This document shows positions 27,550 to 41,048 of a stretch of DNA of 64,000 bases, piece by piece. The position numbers and the translations under genes were made by a program. Within the stretch, counting starts at the first letter, position 1. Each line of letters starts with the position of its first letter. Where the stretch lies: assembly GCA_965153355.1 (NCBI GenBank), contig OZ231126.1, positions 25,792,001 through 25,856,000 of the forward strand, in the 5' to 3' direction. Below the pieces are notes generated by a model. It was not told the DNA's origin. It saw only the letters and a program-made list of their open reading frames with translations, and made no database searches. Origin of the DNA: Flaccisagitta enflata. Taxonomy: Eukaryota.

Positions 27550-28024
27550 GTAACAAGTAGATAGAAGCCAACCTATCTACCAAGAGGAGCGACTCATAGA
27601 AACCGGTTGGAAAATTCGCTTACGGAGGAAAAGGCGGGAAAGATTGGAATTGATTCTCAAAACATCGCAAAAATTGGAGGAATGGCTTGAAATAAAGTTA
27701 TTGAGAAAAAGAAAAGAAACGTGACAACTAACTGTTGTATCTTGCCAATCTAATCTGATTTGCCGCTAAGACTTTGGGTTGTTATAGTTCATGCGAGAGA
27801 AAAAAAACATTTGTTTCTGGATATTCTGAATGATATATACTGTTCTCTGAAGATCTCTTTCCCAAAATGATTTTTAAATGGTCCATCATAACCAGTGACA
27901 ATAAGCATACGCAGCGACAATAAGCGACAGTAAGCATATGCAGTTAACTCCCGTGATAACGGATCCCAAAGGTTCGATGTATTTCATCATACTTGTCAAT
28001 AAGAAAATTTTGAATATTCCGCAC

Positions 28025-29373
28025 ATGACTAGTTGAACGATGAGAATGATGACAGCAATACCGAGAAGGATGCCGATAGGGATGAGCAGGGTCACAATCA
28101 TTCGATCAGGCGATTTCGTGATTACATCCGCTTCACTCACTGTATTTGTCGTTGTCGTTGGATTAAAATGCGCCTGTATCTCCGTTATTTCATCGTTGGA
28201 AGATAAAGCGACCAAGGCCAATGAAGCTGTTGAAAAACACCTCTCTTCCTCCGATGTTAATGCCTCCTTGGTAGGTAATGATTCGATGTTCATCTTCTTT
28301 GTGACAGTTTTCATTTGCTCGTCGGACGATGATGCGGCCATGACCAAAGAAGTTGTTGAAAAACCTCTTTTTTCTTCCGTTGTTGATGCCTCCGTGGGAA
28401 TGGACGTTTCGGTAATGGCCTTTTTTGTTTCGGTTATCATTTCGTCGATAGTAGTTGTTGATGGTGACTCCGATGTCGCGTCGTTGCAATGGACGTGTTT
28501 TCGAGGGTAGAGGACACTTTGATTGTTGATTGTTTTGACATTGAAAAAATGCCAAGAAAACTTCTGCAACCAGGCCGATTATCGACGCATGAATAGGAAA
28601 CTAAAGACCCCATATCGCACATTATGTTCCATACATCTTGTGTCGCAATTGGAGGATTTTTCATTTCGACCCAATCGTTTTGAGTCGCCCATTTGATTTC
28701 GTATTTAAATGGAGCTCTCAACTAGATACTAGCTCTCAACTGGATACTAGCTCCATACTTAACATCAACGCGACACTTGAACTTTATTGGTTGACCTTCA
28801 ACGGCTTTTTCAAGTACTATTTCTAGTGATTTGTTTTCCACGACCTGAATCTCCCGACTCCAGAGTTGATGAAGATCTTGATGCACATGACGCTTTCTTT
28901 TTTTTTTTGCATTGTGGAGCTGACCAACAGGTGACTCGGCGGGTAAAGACTCGGCGGGGACAACGGCGATTTGGGCCGGGGTCAACAACGATCCATTTCC
29001 GCAGTGATAGCTACCACCACCCTCCTCTTGCGTGGCTTGGATGACAAACTTGACGTAGGACATATTAATCGACGACTCGATCTCTCTCTTCAAGGGAGCT
29101 TCAAATGGGATAATAAAGGAATGGTCGATCAATTCGATTTCGAGGACGCGAGAAAGCAGCCAAACGAAGTTTTCTTTCTGGGACAATTCATTGTCGCATT
29201 TCCACAGCGGTTGAATCTTTCGTTCGAAGAAGGCAAACCATTTTTCAGCGTGTTGTCGATATCTGGAATGTAGATGTGTGTCTGAGTTCCCTTTTCCGGC
29301 GCATTTGCGTGGGATTTGAACCATTGTCCGGGGAAATAACAATAGTCCCGACTATCATGCTCATTTTTGCCAT
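28025..29373 (-). pseudogene. Intronless disrupted gene for an Ig-superfamily-like type-I membrane protein (2 Ig-like domains, S/T-rich stalk, TM helix)
   Basis: Joining minus-strand frames gives MAKMSMIVG.., RRKR, then GNATMNC/NFVW...FVIQATQEEGGGSYHC (Ig B, C, E-F strand pattern). It continues with KRKR, GQPIKFKC..YEIKW..SYSC, a Thr/Ser-rich stalk with an internal duplication, and hydrophobic IVTLLIPIGILLGIAVIILIV. There are at least 3 frameshifts and one in-frame stop (28722-24). Confidence 0.7.
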
Positions 29374-30753
29374 CGGGTTTGAACTTTGAAGTGTTTTTGA
29401 TAGTTGCTTTCGATAATATAATGTGATTTTTTTTGTTTTGTATTTTCAATTTAAAAAGGTTGAGAGTTGAGACAAATTAGTGATTTTTTTGTCGTAAAGC
29501 ACCTTTGCTTAACAGGGTGTCCAAAAAATTTGGCAAAAAAGTAATTGCAAATACGCCATACTTCTAGGCGACAAAGTAAGCTGAAATTTGGTATGTAACA
29601 CATGTGCAAAAATTAGGCGGAAAATGTAAAGATGTAGTTTCCATAGTAAAAATAGCTCCAGTAACATGAAATTTGGACTGAAGATAGCTATTTGGTGGTA
29701 TTTTTGGGTAGTAAGAAAATTTGATTTCAATTCGATTCATATAATGCCTATTTCAACCCTTATGTCATAATTGCGATGTCAAAATGTTGCCGATTTTCCC
29801 CATGTTTATGCTTCCAAAAGTTGCTCGTCATTAGAAGGCATTTATAGCACCCTGCGAGGAAAAAGAATAGCAAATTTGTCAGATATTTGTAGGGTAGAGT
29901 ATCAAAAAGTAAACTGACTCTGGAAGTGCGCAGTTTTTGCCCCATAGGATGGTCAATCCTGAACTACATGCATTTGAATAAAATCAAGAAAAGATTCATT
30001 TCTGTAATTGTTGCCCTTGAGGATTTACTGGCAAATCATGATAAAACAAGGTCTGCAGGACATTAAAGCCGTGCCCAATATTCCAAATTCATGAAATAAG
30101 GCACATTAGTTCATTTTGGGATTTTTATGGGTTTTGACAGCAGTTATTACACTTAATCTGTACTCAAACAATCCTTTTCCGCCTAATTTTTGCACATGTG
30201 TTATTCTCCCAATTAGTATTATTTGATGTTAGAATATGCAGCTCTTTGTATGGGTTCCCCTGGTTTGAAAGTAAAGGAATTATGTCTAGGAGAAACATTC
30301 TAGTTTGTGGGATTTTCATCAGGAAAACATTGCATAGGATAGCAAGATTTTAACTATCTTTTACATCAAATTTGGTACCCAAATTTGGTCAATGAATAGG
30401 TGGGTGTATATCATGGAAGCAGGAAAGTTAATCTTAAGTACTCAACATTGGCTCAAGACATTGAAGAAAATCCACTAGAATAATTCAAAATCAACCATCA
30501 ATTTTCGTTTGTTGATAAAAACTAATTTTTTTTTTTGACCACTTGAGATGAACCTTTTCTTCCTTGTACTGATATCTATTTTGGATTTTAGCTGCTTATC
30601 GGATAATAAGTATTCACAACTAACAAACCTTTAAGGCTATCATTGCTTCAAAATGAAAATACCCTGTAATTTTTTTTCCTTTTATAGAATGTCAAATACT
30701 AGTGTAAGAAACCTCTTTGAAAAATTTCAGAAAATTGAAAAAACCCAAACATA

Positions 30754-31047
30754 GGCAATTTTTCAGACACTCGCTAGCCTGACTGGGGCAACGGAGGAAG
30801 CTGAAATTTTTACTGAAGATAGACAAGACATGTGGCCAGGGTAGACCTGTAAAAAAAATTCAAATTTTATTATTTTACATACAATAAATCCAAGAAGAAA
30901 TCTGTAAAATGTATTTATATAGAGGGTAGTAGCTTTTTTGGGTATTTGTTCCAGGTCTACCCTGGCCACATGTCTTCTCTATCTTCAGTAAAAATTTCAG
31001 CTTCCTACATTGCCCCAGTCAGGCTAGCGAACGTCTAGAAAATTACC
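30754..31047. repeat. Fold-back or MITE-like inverted repeat (~95-bp arms)
   Basis: tcgctagcctgactggggcaa...gacatgtggccagggtagacctg is mirrored at 30952-31047. Confidence 0.85.
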
Positions 31048-32073
31048 ATCATTTTATCATTCATTAAAGAGAAAATTAAAAGAATATACACGGTAAAGAT
31101 ACAATTCATGAACGATTTTTTTCATCAACTCTTTTTAGCCTCCCCAACTATCAGTTTTAAATCACAGATTCATGGAAGCAGTCAGCGTCTGTGGCTAGTG
31201 AGTGGATCGTCTGACATGAGTACTGAGATAATGCGCAAGGTGAGAATAGAAATCAAGCTCTTGAAACATTGACATAGGAAGAAGAATTTGTGATTAAGGA
31301 ATGACAGACGGCCCCCTTTAATCTGTTGTTCATATCATGCACTGATACATTAAAAATTTTCATTTTTTCCCCTTCACTTAACCAAAGCATTCTTGATTTT
31401 GTTTTTGCTTTGTAATTCGGGTCAGGATTGTGCTATACAGTTGAAAATTGAAAGAGAGACCCTCAGTACGCACATTAGTCCAATCATCATGAAAACAGAT
31501 TTTTAATTTGTCGCCTATCTTGAGGAAATGTAAGCCTTAAGGGCTTCCAGTTGTCTCACGTGAAAAAAATCAATAATTAGGTTCATGGTGATTAATGACA
31601 TGTACAGTCCACACATTTTTAGGGACTCAAGTCTGTTTGATCGACTCACTATTGATATAGCATGACATAATAGAGACTGCTATAGAATTACAGTACACTA
31701 GGAAGCAAGCAGCACTGAAATTCAAAGTTGTGTGTTTTCCTAGCAACGAGTTACCAAGATACTGGCCTGAAACAACAAGTTTCAAAGGCCGAATCAATTA
31801 AAATGCATGTTACCCAACTCAAATCAGTACAAATCAATCTGGGGTAGTGAAAATTAGCGGTACATTTTTTTACATGTTCCTGACCTCAAGAAGGCATGAA
31901 ATTTTATATGTGATATCGGACAGAGGTGGTGAAGGGCCACCCGATTTGATTTATGAGAATTGCCCATTCCTTGATACCTTCACATTAGAATCGATTTGAT
32001 TTGCCTACTCAAAATGGCTTCCAGTGAACATTTGAAATCGCACAGTCGTTTGTACGCATCTTCTAAACACATA

Positions 32074-33176
32074 CCGTATTTCCTCTAATTAGCGCCCCTC
32101 CTCTAATTAGCGCCCCCCCTCTTTTGAGAAAATGATTTTTTTCAAATTTGCTTCTTGGTTATTCTTCGTTTCGTAAAAGTCAGGTTTTTGTTGATTTTTT
32201 TACCTTTTTGCTTGTTTTTCTTATTGTATTTGTAAATCTCTCAGTTGAAGGCACATTCTACCTTTTTTTTGGGCAGCGGCCCCGAAGGGGACGAAGTCCT
32301 GTAGAACACAGGGGGAATCTGTCCGTCCGTACGTCCGTCCGTACGTCCCCCCCCACCCCACCCTCAGGGCTTCGTCTCCTTTGGGGCCCAAATCCAAGCA
32401 AAATGGCCCAAATCCTGCCAAAATGGGCCAAATCCAGGCAAAAATGGCCCAAGACCAGGTAAAATGGACCAAATCTGGCTAGGAAACCTGAATTCTGGCC
32501 TAAGTTCTATCATCTTGGCCCCTTAAACTTAGATTCTGGCTCCCAAAACCCACATCCAAGCCTTAGAGACCCAGATTCTGACCTTCAAGACCTAGGCTCT
32601 GGCCTCAAAGACCTAAATCTAAGCCTCAGAGGCCAAATTGATTTAAATCCTGGCCTCAGAGACTGAAATCCTTGCCTCTGAGACCAAGAAATTGGTCTCT
32701 GAGACCCAGATTCTGGCCATAAAGACCCAGATCCTGGCCTGCTCCTCTCTCAACTTAACCTACAAACTATACAATAAGGGCAAGGGGACCATTGTCCATA
32801 TACTGCCTTTTGTCATTTCTCCGTGGTATTCAATGAAAATTTGAATAACAGGGCTTCCTGGACAGAAGGAAGGCAGACAACAGGACGGACGGACGGATGG
32901 ACGGACAGATTCCCCCTGTGTTCTACAGGACTTCGTCCCCTTCGGGGCCGCTGCCCTGCTCCCTCTCAACCTTAATCACTTTCTACTCAAGCAGGGCACG
33001 GGTACCGCTGACCACTTACTGCCTTTGGGCTGCTATTTACCCAATATACACTGGGTTTTTTTTGATATTTTGTTCTTTTCTAGACACTTCAGAGGGGGCG
33101 CTATTTAGAGGGCAGAAAAAGCTATGTCATTTTTCAATTTTGTAAGCGCCCCGGGCGCTAATTAGAGGAAACACGG
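32074..33176. mobile_element. TA-flanked MITE (CCGT terminus) carrying a family A insertion
   Basis: TA-ccgtatttcctctaattagcgccc ... gggcgctaattagaggaaacacgg-TA. Confidence 0.88.
32271..33036 (+). mobile_element. Family A element
   Basis: Close copy of 8802-9597, inserted in a T-run. Confidence 0.88.
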
Positions 33177-33416
33177 TAACTCTAATTCGTTCAGATTTTT
33201 AAAGTCCAGAGTCGTCAGAATATGTACCAATCTGAGGACATGATTTTGCCTATTTGGTCTATGTTGTGAATGGGCGTTGGAGGCTGCTGGCAGTGTCAGT
33301 TACTCGATTTTTGGTGCTCATTGGATATCGTTAGCACCTCCCAGGCCAAATAAAGCTGTCTCAGTAAGTTCAGATTGGTCATCGCTAGTCCCTTAAGTTT
33401 GACCATTATTTTAATG

Positions 33417-33603
33417 AACAAGGCCGGATACACGGCTACCCCAGTCGCGTGCGGGTGGGCAGGGGCCATACTTGAAGTCACTTCATCATTTGGGCAGGAG
33501 CAGTGAGGCCAAAGAAAGCAAAAACCCAAAAAAAGTAAAGTGTGACGGACGGACGGACCGACCGACAAAGCGGGGTGTAGAGTCGCGTAGCACGTGACTA
33601 AAA
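33417..33603 (-). mobile_element. Family B element
   Basis: aacaaggccggatacacggctaccccagtcgcgtgcggg ... gagtcgcgtagcacgtgactaaaa. Confidence 0.88.
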
Positions 33604-34789
33604 AGATGAGTTTAAAATAGTTTTTGAATATCCTTTTTGAAATTTTGCCAAATTCAATGCACACCCTGTTAAATCAGCGATAACTGAGTAGTCATGAGTA
33701 AAATTAAGTAATCCAACATTTGATCGTCGTCAATCCTGATACAGCAAATCTATTTACCCCCCCCCCCCCCCACGGTTTCGTAGATTTATATCTTATATTC
33801 GTATTTAAGTTTTCATTTGCAAAAAAGTAGGTATTTCCACTCTCCCCCCTCGCACTCTCGCACTCTCACACTTTTAATGACACATACCTCTGAAGAATAG
33901 GTTAGCATCAGAAGCTCTTGGTTTATCACTCCATTGATCTATTGGTTCATCGGTCTGTCACTATTTCTCGTCCGTGGTGTAATCCCGCTCCGGTTGGTCA
34001 CAAGTACCGATTACAGTATGTTGGGAGCAATGAGCCCCTTAGAAAGAGGGTCGTTTCGATAGTTTAGTTTGAACTTTTGTTGGTTTTTTTTCTGAAAGCT
34101 GATGGGCCAGAGCTTTAAATGAATAAAGTTACCTCTCGCTGTAACTGACCAATAAAAATACCATCTCACTGGATTTAGATCTGTGACTCTGAAGAGATAA
34201 GAATTCACTATACCACTCTACCAACATCACTCTCGCGCCATTTTCAATCAACAGAGGCGATTTGTCAGTTTTGGTTTGAATCTCTTGTGGAATTTATATT
34301 TAGAGAAACCAAATAGAGAGGTTCTTGATTCAAATAATGACACTGAAGAAAGCTCTCTTTGTACCGCTCTTATTGCTCCCAGCGTACTGTACATTAAGTC
34401 ATCGCCATGGTAGATATTACAGATAAAACGGACATGCAACTTTGATACATACGATCTTCCAATCTATATCTTAGATAATACTGGCGCTTCGTATCGCTAA
34501 ATTGTGCAGAGGAGTTTGATGAGAAAGGCAATTTTCCAAGCAAATCTGTAAGTCAACAGAGAATTTGAATTTGAATTTGACAACAGTCAACAGAAAGAAT
34601 AACGAATATCAAAAGACGGTTTCAGTCATTGACATGGAAAAAACCTTCCGAGTTTTGACAATTGTCAAAACTGGTTTTGTTCATGAACGTCTTAACGAGT
34701 CTTACTTTTTCCTCTTACTGGTTGTTTCCAATCTAGAATTTAAAAAAAATAAAGAATGCAGTTAGAGGAGTTATTATATTAAACTTGTT

Positions 34790-36230
<1,441 letters not shown>

Positions 36231-36240
36231 GGCATCGCAG

Positions 36241-36324
36241 AAAGGTCAAACGATCTCAAGGTCACCCGGGCAAACCGCGGGTCACGTGACCAAAAGCCTC
36301 CAAAGGTCAAAGGTCACATGATCA
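36241..36324 (+). promoter_or_regulatory. Candidate nuclear-receptor response element cluster
   Basis: AGGTCA (36243), TCAAGGTCA (36256), GGGTCAcgTGACC (36279), and a perfect DR1 AGGTCAaAGGTCA (36304-36316). Confidence 0.55.
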
Positions 36325-36353
36325 ACTTCGCGCCACACCTCGACTGACGTCCG

Positions 36354-36448
<95 letters not shown>

Positions 36449-39400
36449 TAGGCGAATCGACCACGCTGCAGAGGTGAAAATTCTTCCCAACAGCGAACTA
36501 AATGACTGCAACGTCGCCCTCAACAACGGAATTCGTTGAATCTTCTCATGTAACAGATGGAAAAGCACGAGGCAACTCCGTCAATAACTATCATTTCCGA
36601 GTATAACGGAAATTTTTCACTCACGTATCAGAAAATTTCTTGCTAAATGTTTAAATGGCGAGATTCAAAATGACATTGTGCATCGCCCTGCAATTTATAC
36701 CAAGGTGGAAAATGTTGGAGAATGAAACGCTAGCCTTTAGTCTTAGTTAGATTTTGCTATGTTGTGCCTGTGGTTTGCTACTGTCATTTCTTTGACGAAT
36801 AAAATATCATTCATGTATAAAGTTTATCTCCATGCATGAAGACATGTAGCGATTACACAGGAAAGAAACAATAGGAAGCAGGTTTGTACAAAATAGGTGA
36901 AGATGATTTACAAAACAAATTCAGTTTTGTCATGAGATGAGGTGAATTGTTTGTATTGGATACCCTGCTCTTTACACTCCTCTTTTTTATACATTCCGTC
37001 CACAAACCTCTTTTCCAAGTAAATGGCTAAGCCTAATATCTATTCGCTAGCCTTGAGTCCCTCATGTTCAAACCCCTACCTTGAGGCTGAAATCCTAACC
37101 GGAGGATTCTTATCAGACTCAAAATTTCAGGAGGACCAGCACGTCATTCAAACTGCAATACAACAATTCAGACCATATTCATATCTCATTTTTTAACGAA
37201 TACCTCTCTTGAAGTAAAATAAAGATTTGCGTCATCAACTCATAGGACACAAAACTTGCGGGGCCGATAACATTCAGCATCATTACAAAAAGTTTCATGA
37301 TCGTCTTCCATATCATCACAAAACGATTGTTTCATTCATCACTCGTGATTGTAATTTACCAGTTCTAGAGTAGAACGTCTCTTTTTTTTTCTGTCTTTTC
37401 TTTTACACATTTTTTCCCCTTTCTAATTTTCTCTCATGTATGTTGACGTACGCTACTGTCACTTTCATGTTGACGAATATGAAATAATCGCAACAATGCC
37501 TTTTAAAGGATTACTCGCTAGAAATATGGTTAAAACAATGCAATGGTTTACTGAATGAAACTGATGGTGAAATTATAATACGCTTGGGTGATCACATAGG
37601 CTATGTGACATAGCAAAAGTTGGGAGTATCCCCTCCCTCTATTTAGGTAATGTGGAGGATAAAAAATCATAAAGATGACCATTTTCCTTTTTTCAAAATT
37701 CTTTCACCTTTTTTTTTTCTTTCATCTTCCATGTTTGTTTTGGCCTTAAAGTTCCCACAGATTTCCCAGAATTCATCAAAATTCTGCGTAGTTTTATTAT
37801 GAAAAGAATAATTATTTGTAAAAATAAACTAAAATATCAGAACATAAGCTATGAAACAGCTGATGAAAAGGCAGAATTACAATTTTACCAGTAATGGCGG
37901 CTATCGCCGTGAGGAAAAAAGTCGTAAGCGTTGTTCACTTTTCACCAAACTTTTGTTTTCAGTCATTGCAACTTTTTATTTGTTAGATCAAATTAAGAGC
38001 AACTGTATATAGTGGTTGCACTGAAAATCAGAGAAAAATAGGACTGAGCCAAATGAGCTAGATGAGCTAAAATATTCAAAATCACTCGACTACGCAACCA
38101 GCTATGCTTACTGAGATGCTTTCTTGTATTTGCATGCTTAAATCAAAACATTTATTTATTTATCGGTTTTGAAATCAGAAAAAAAGAGCAAGCTAAATGA
38201 GCTAAATGAGCTAGAATATTTAAAAACACCCTCACAGATGAGCAGCTCTGCTCACTGACATGCTTTCTTATATTTGCTTATTTATTGCATTTGAAATGAA
38301 AAAAAAAAAACTGAGCTAAGTGAGCTAAATGAGCTAAAATGCTCAAAATCACCCTCACATATGAGCAGCTATGCTCATGAACATGTTTTTTTTGAATTTG
38401 CATGCTTAACCAAACTTAGATACACTCCTTTATTAATCCTACACAAAATCATAAAAAATTGAAAAAAATTAAATTTGAATTTTTCGTAAATAAATCTTTA
38501 AAAATTCATAACGCGAAAAATATTTGTCCCAGAGACTTCTGCTTAGCGCCAAATAAAAGCGAATTATCAAATTTACTTACCCTATCAATTTCATCCAAGG
38601 GTGCAATCGCCCTAAGGAGTTCCGAAACTTTCTCATAAGAAAATGAAAACCCTGTTTCTCTCGAATATGTCAAAAAGTTGAAGACTGACTTCGACTTTTT
38701 TCCCCGATGAAGAGTAGAAATTTAAAAAGGCTAATTCAAATGATGTCAGTATATTGTTTTATCCCACTGCATTATGCAAATTAGGTCCTTAAAGACAATA
38801 AAAAACGGAAGATGAATGATTTTTGATAAAAGAAAAATGGTAAGGGTTCTAAAATTGACCACTCCACATTAGATAAAGAGGGAAAAAAAGAAATAACCCA
38901 CTTTTGTTATATGATGTGTGCAACAATTCATCCTATATTTAACTCGTACAATTATCCAAATAAGAAGCACCCAAATGAGACGCGTGTAAACAACTTTTTG
39001 GCCTGATTGTTCAATCATGGAGTCTTTAGTTGGGGCCAAAATTCAGGAGCTAACATTCAGGCCAAAACGCTAAGACATTGAGGATGATTGTGTGAGCGGG
39101 ATGGTTTGAGAAAATGAAAAACAAGACTGTTAAAGCGAGAACGCATTGGTCATGGGAACGTTTCATTTGTCGCCACTGCCACATTTTCAACCCCTTCCTC
39201 CGGCCTCTACCCCTTTGCTTCAGAGAAAAAAATCTAGTGAATGGAAAAAAAAACGAAAAATAAAAATGAGATGAACTCATGTGAAACCGAGAATGCAAAT
39301 AGGTTTTACGAGCTTCTGACTGTGTTTGACTAAATATGCGTTTAATGGTGTTGTCCATGTCACCACGCCCTATAACTGTCTTCTGTCTGTCTAACTGTCT

Positions 39401-39579
39401 GTACAGAACACAGACAAAAAGAAGAAGAAAAAAAAATTAACACTGGCATGTCGACGACACACGAATAATGTTTCGTCGCAAATCACGCTCACAACCTTTA
39501 CTGCACAAACACACACACGCGCGCGCGCACGCACGTACACTAGGGTGGTCACGAAATATGGTCAAATTGTGTGTTTACG

Positions 39580-39787
<208 letters not shown>

Positions 39788-39917
39788 TTTTTCTCTCATT
39801 CCCTCTGCTTCACTGCGGACATGTCAGAGATATCCTGCTTGTTATATTCCAAAGCCCTTGGGATTACATATGCAAAAGAGATAGAGGGAGGCAAACCGAA
39901 GATGGAAAGGGGTGATA

Positions 39918-39983
<66 letters not shown>

Positions 39984-40159
39984 GAGAAAGGAAGAAACCG
40001 TTTGATTCCATGAAAACCGACTTGCCAACAAGTTACTGCGAGCGCGCACAAGAGCAAGATTAATGCGTTGTTTGTTGGTGTATGTTTGACATGTTTTAAA
40101 GTCGGGAACAAGAAGAGAATAAGAGTCAGAGATAGATACAGAGAGAGTAAAAGAGATAC

Positions 40160-40278
<119 letters not shown>

Positions 40279-40587
40279 TCCTTTCTATATAGCGAGAATT
40301 CGTTTAATTCGGATGTGATGATGGAATCCCAGTGGACGCAAAGCCGCATTTTTTAGCTTCCCTTGGAATATTTCATGTGAGCCTAGTGGACATTGAACTG
40401 TTTTGTGTCTTGGCATGTAGTTATTTCGCTCAAAAAACTTGTAATATTGTATCTTTGTAAAGGAGTTCATTTTTAGTTGCGTGCATGCGACTCTACACCT
40501 TGGTCTGTCGGTCGTTAGGTAGGTCCGACACATTTGTAAAATTTTGACTTTTTACGGTAATTGAAGGTACTATAGGGGGGCATCCTC

Positions 40588-40979
40588 TGAATCACGAAAT
40601 TCGTGCTTAAGTTAAACTTATTTCCACTGAAGCACACCCTAGTGCTTCAGTGGAATGAAAAATAGCTAGTGCCTTTTTCAATTCGAGCTTCAGTGGAATT
40701 GGAAGTAACTTATTTTTGCACAGTAGTCAAAATATTATTTTTTTGATGCTTATCCAAAGAAATCAAGAAATCCCATCCTTTCTTTCCATTTCTCTCAATA
40801 TCTCCTCTACCAATAAAGGCGGCTAATCGCCGACCGGAAAAAAGTCGTAAATGGAAGTCTCTTTTTTCAGTGCTTGTTCTTCTGTGTGTGCATTTCATGA
40901 TGTCTGGTTGATTGTCTGTTTTTGTTATTCAATCTGTGCGTTTTTTCCTTTCGATCTTTTTTGTCTGAGTGTGTGTGTG

Positions 40980-41048
<69 letters not shown>

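Larger units (their letters stand above)
29513..33668. mobile_element. 4.2-kb degenerate TIR DNA transposon flanked by TTAA, with nested insertions
   Basis: ttaa-cagggtgtccaaaaaatttggcaaaa ... ttttgccaaattcaatgcacaccctg-ttaa, an imperfect TIR of about 26 bp. Confidence 0.65.

Noticed and set aside
28040-28510. 156-aa plus-strand ORF
   Set aside because: Antisense shadow of the Thr/Ser-rich minus-strand frame.
31750-31860. PRLICTDLSW peptide on the minus strand, faintly like a transposase catalytic-Asp context
   Set aside because: Surrounded by stops and with no second supporting motif, so it cannot be assigned without a profile search.
34160-34226. Second tRNA/SINE-head-like segment on the minus strand
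   Set aside because: An A-box-like TGGTAGAGTGG is present, but the B box is too degenerate (AGATCTAAATCC) to call.
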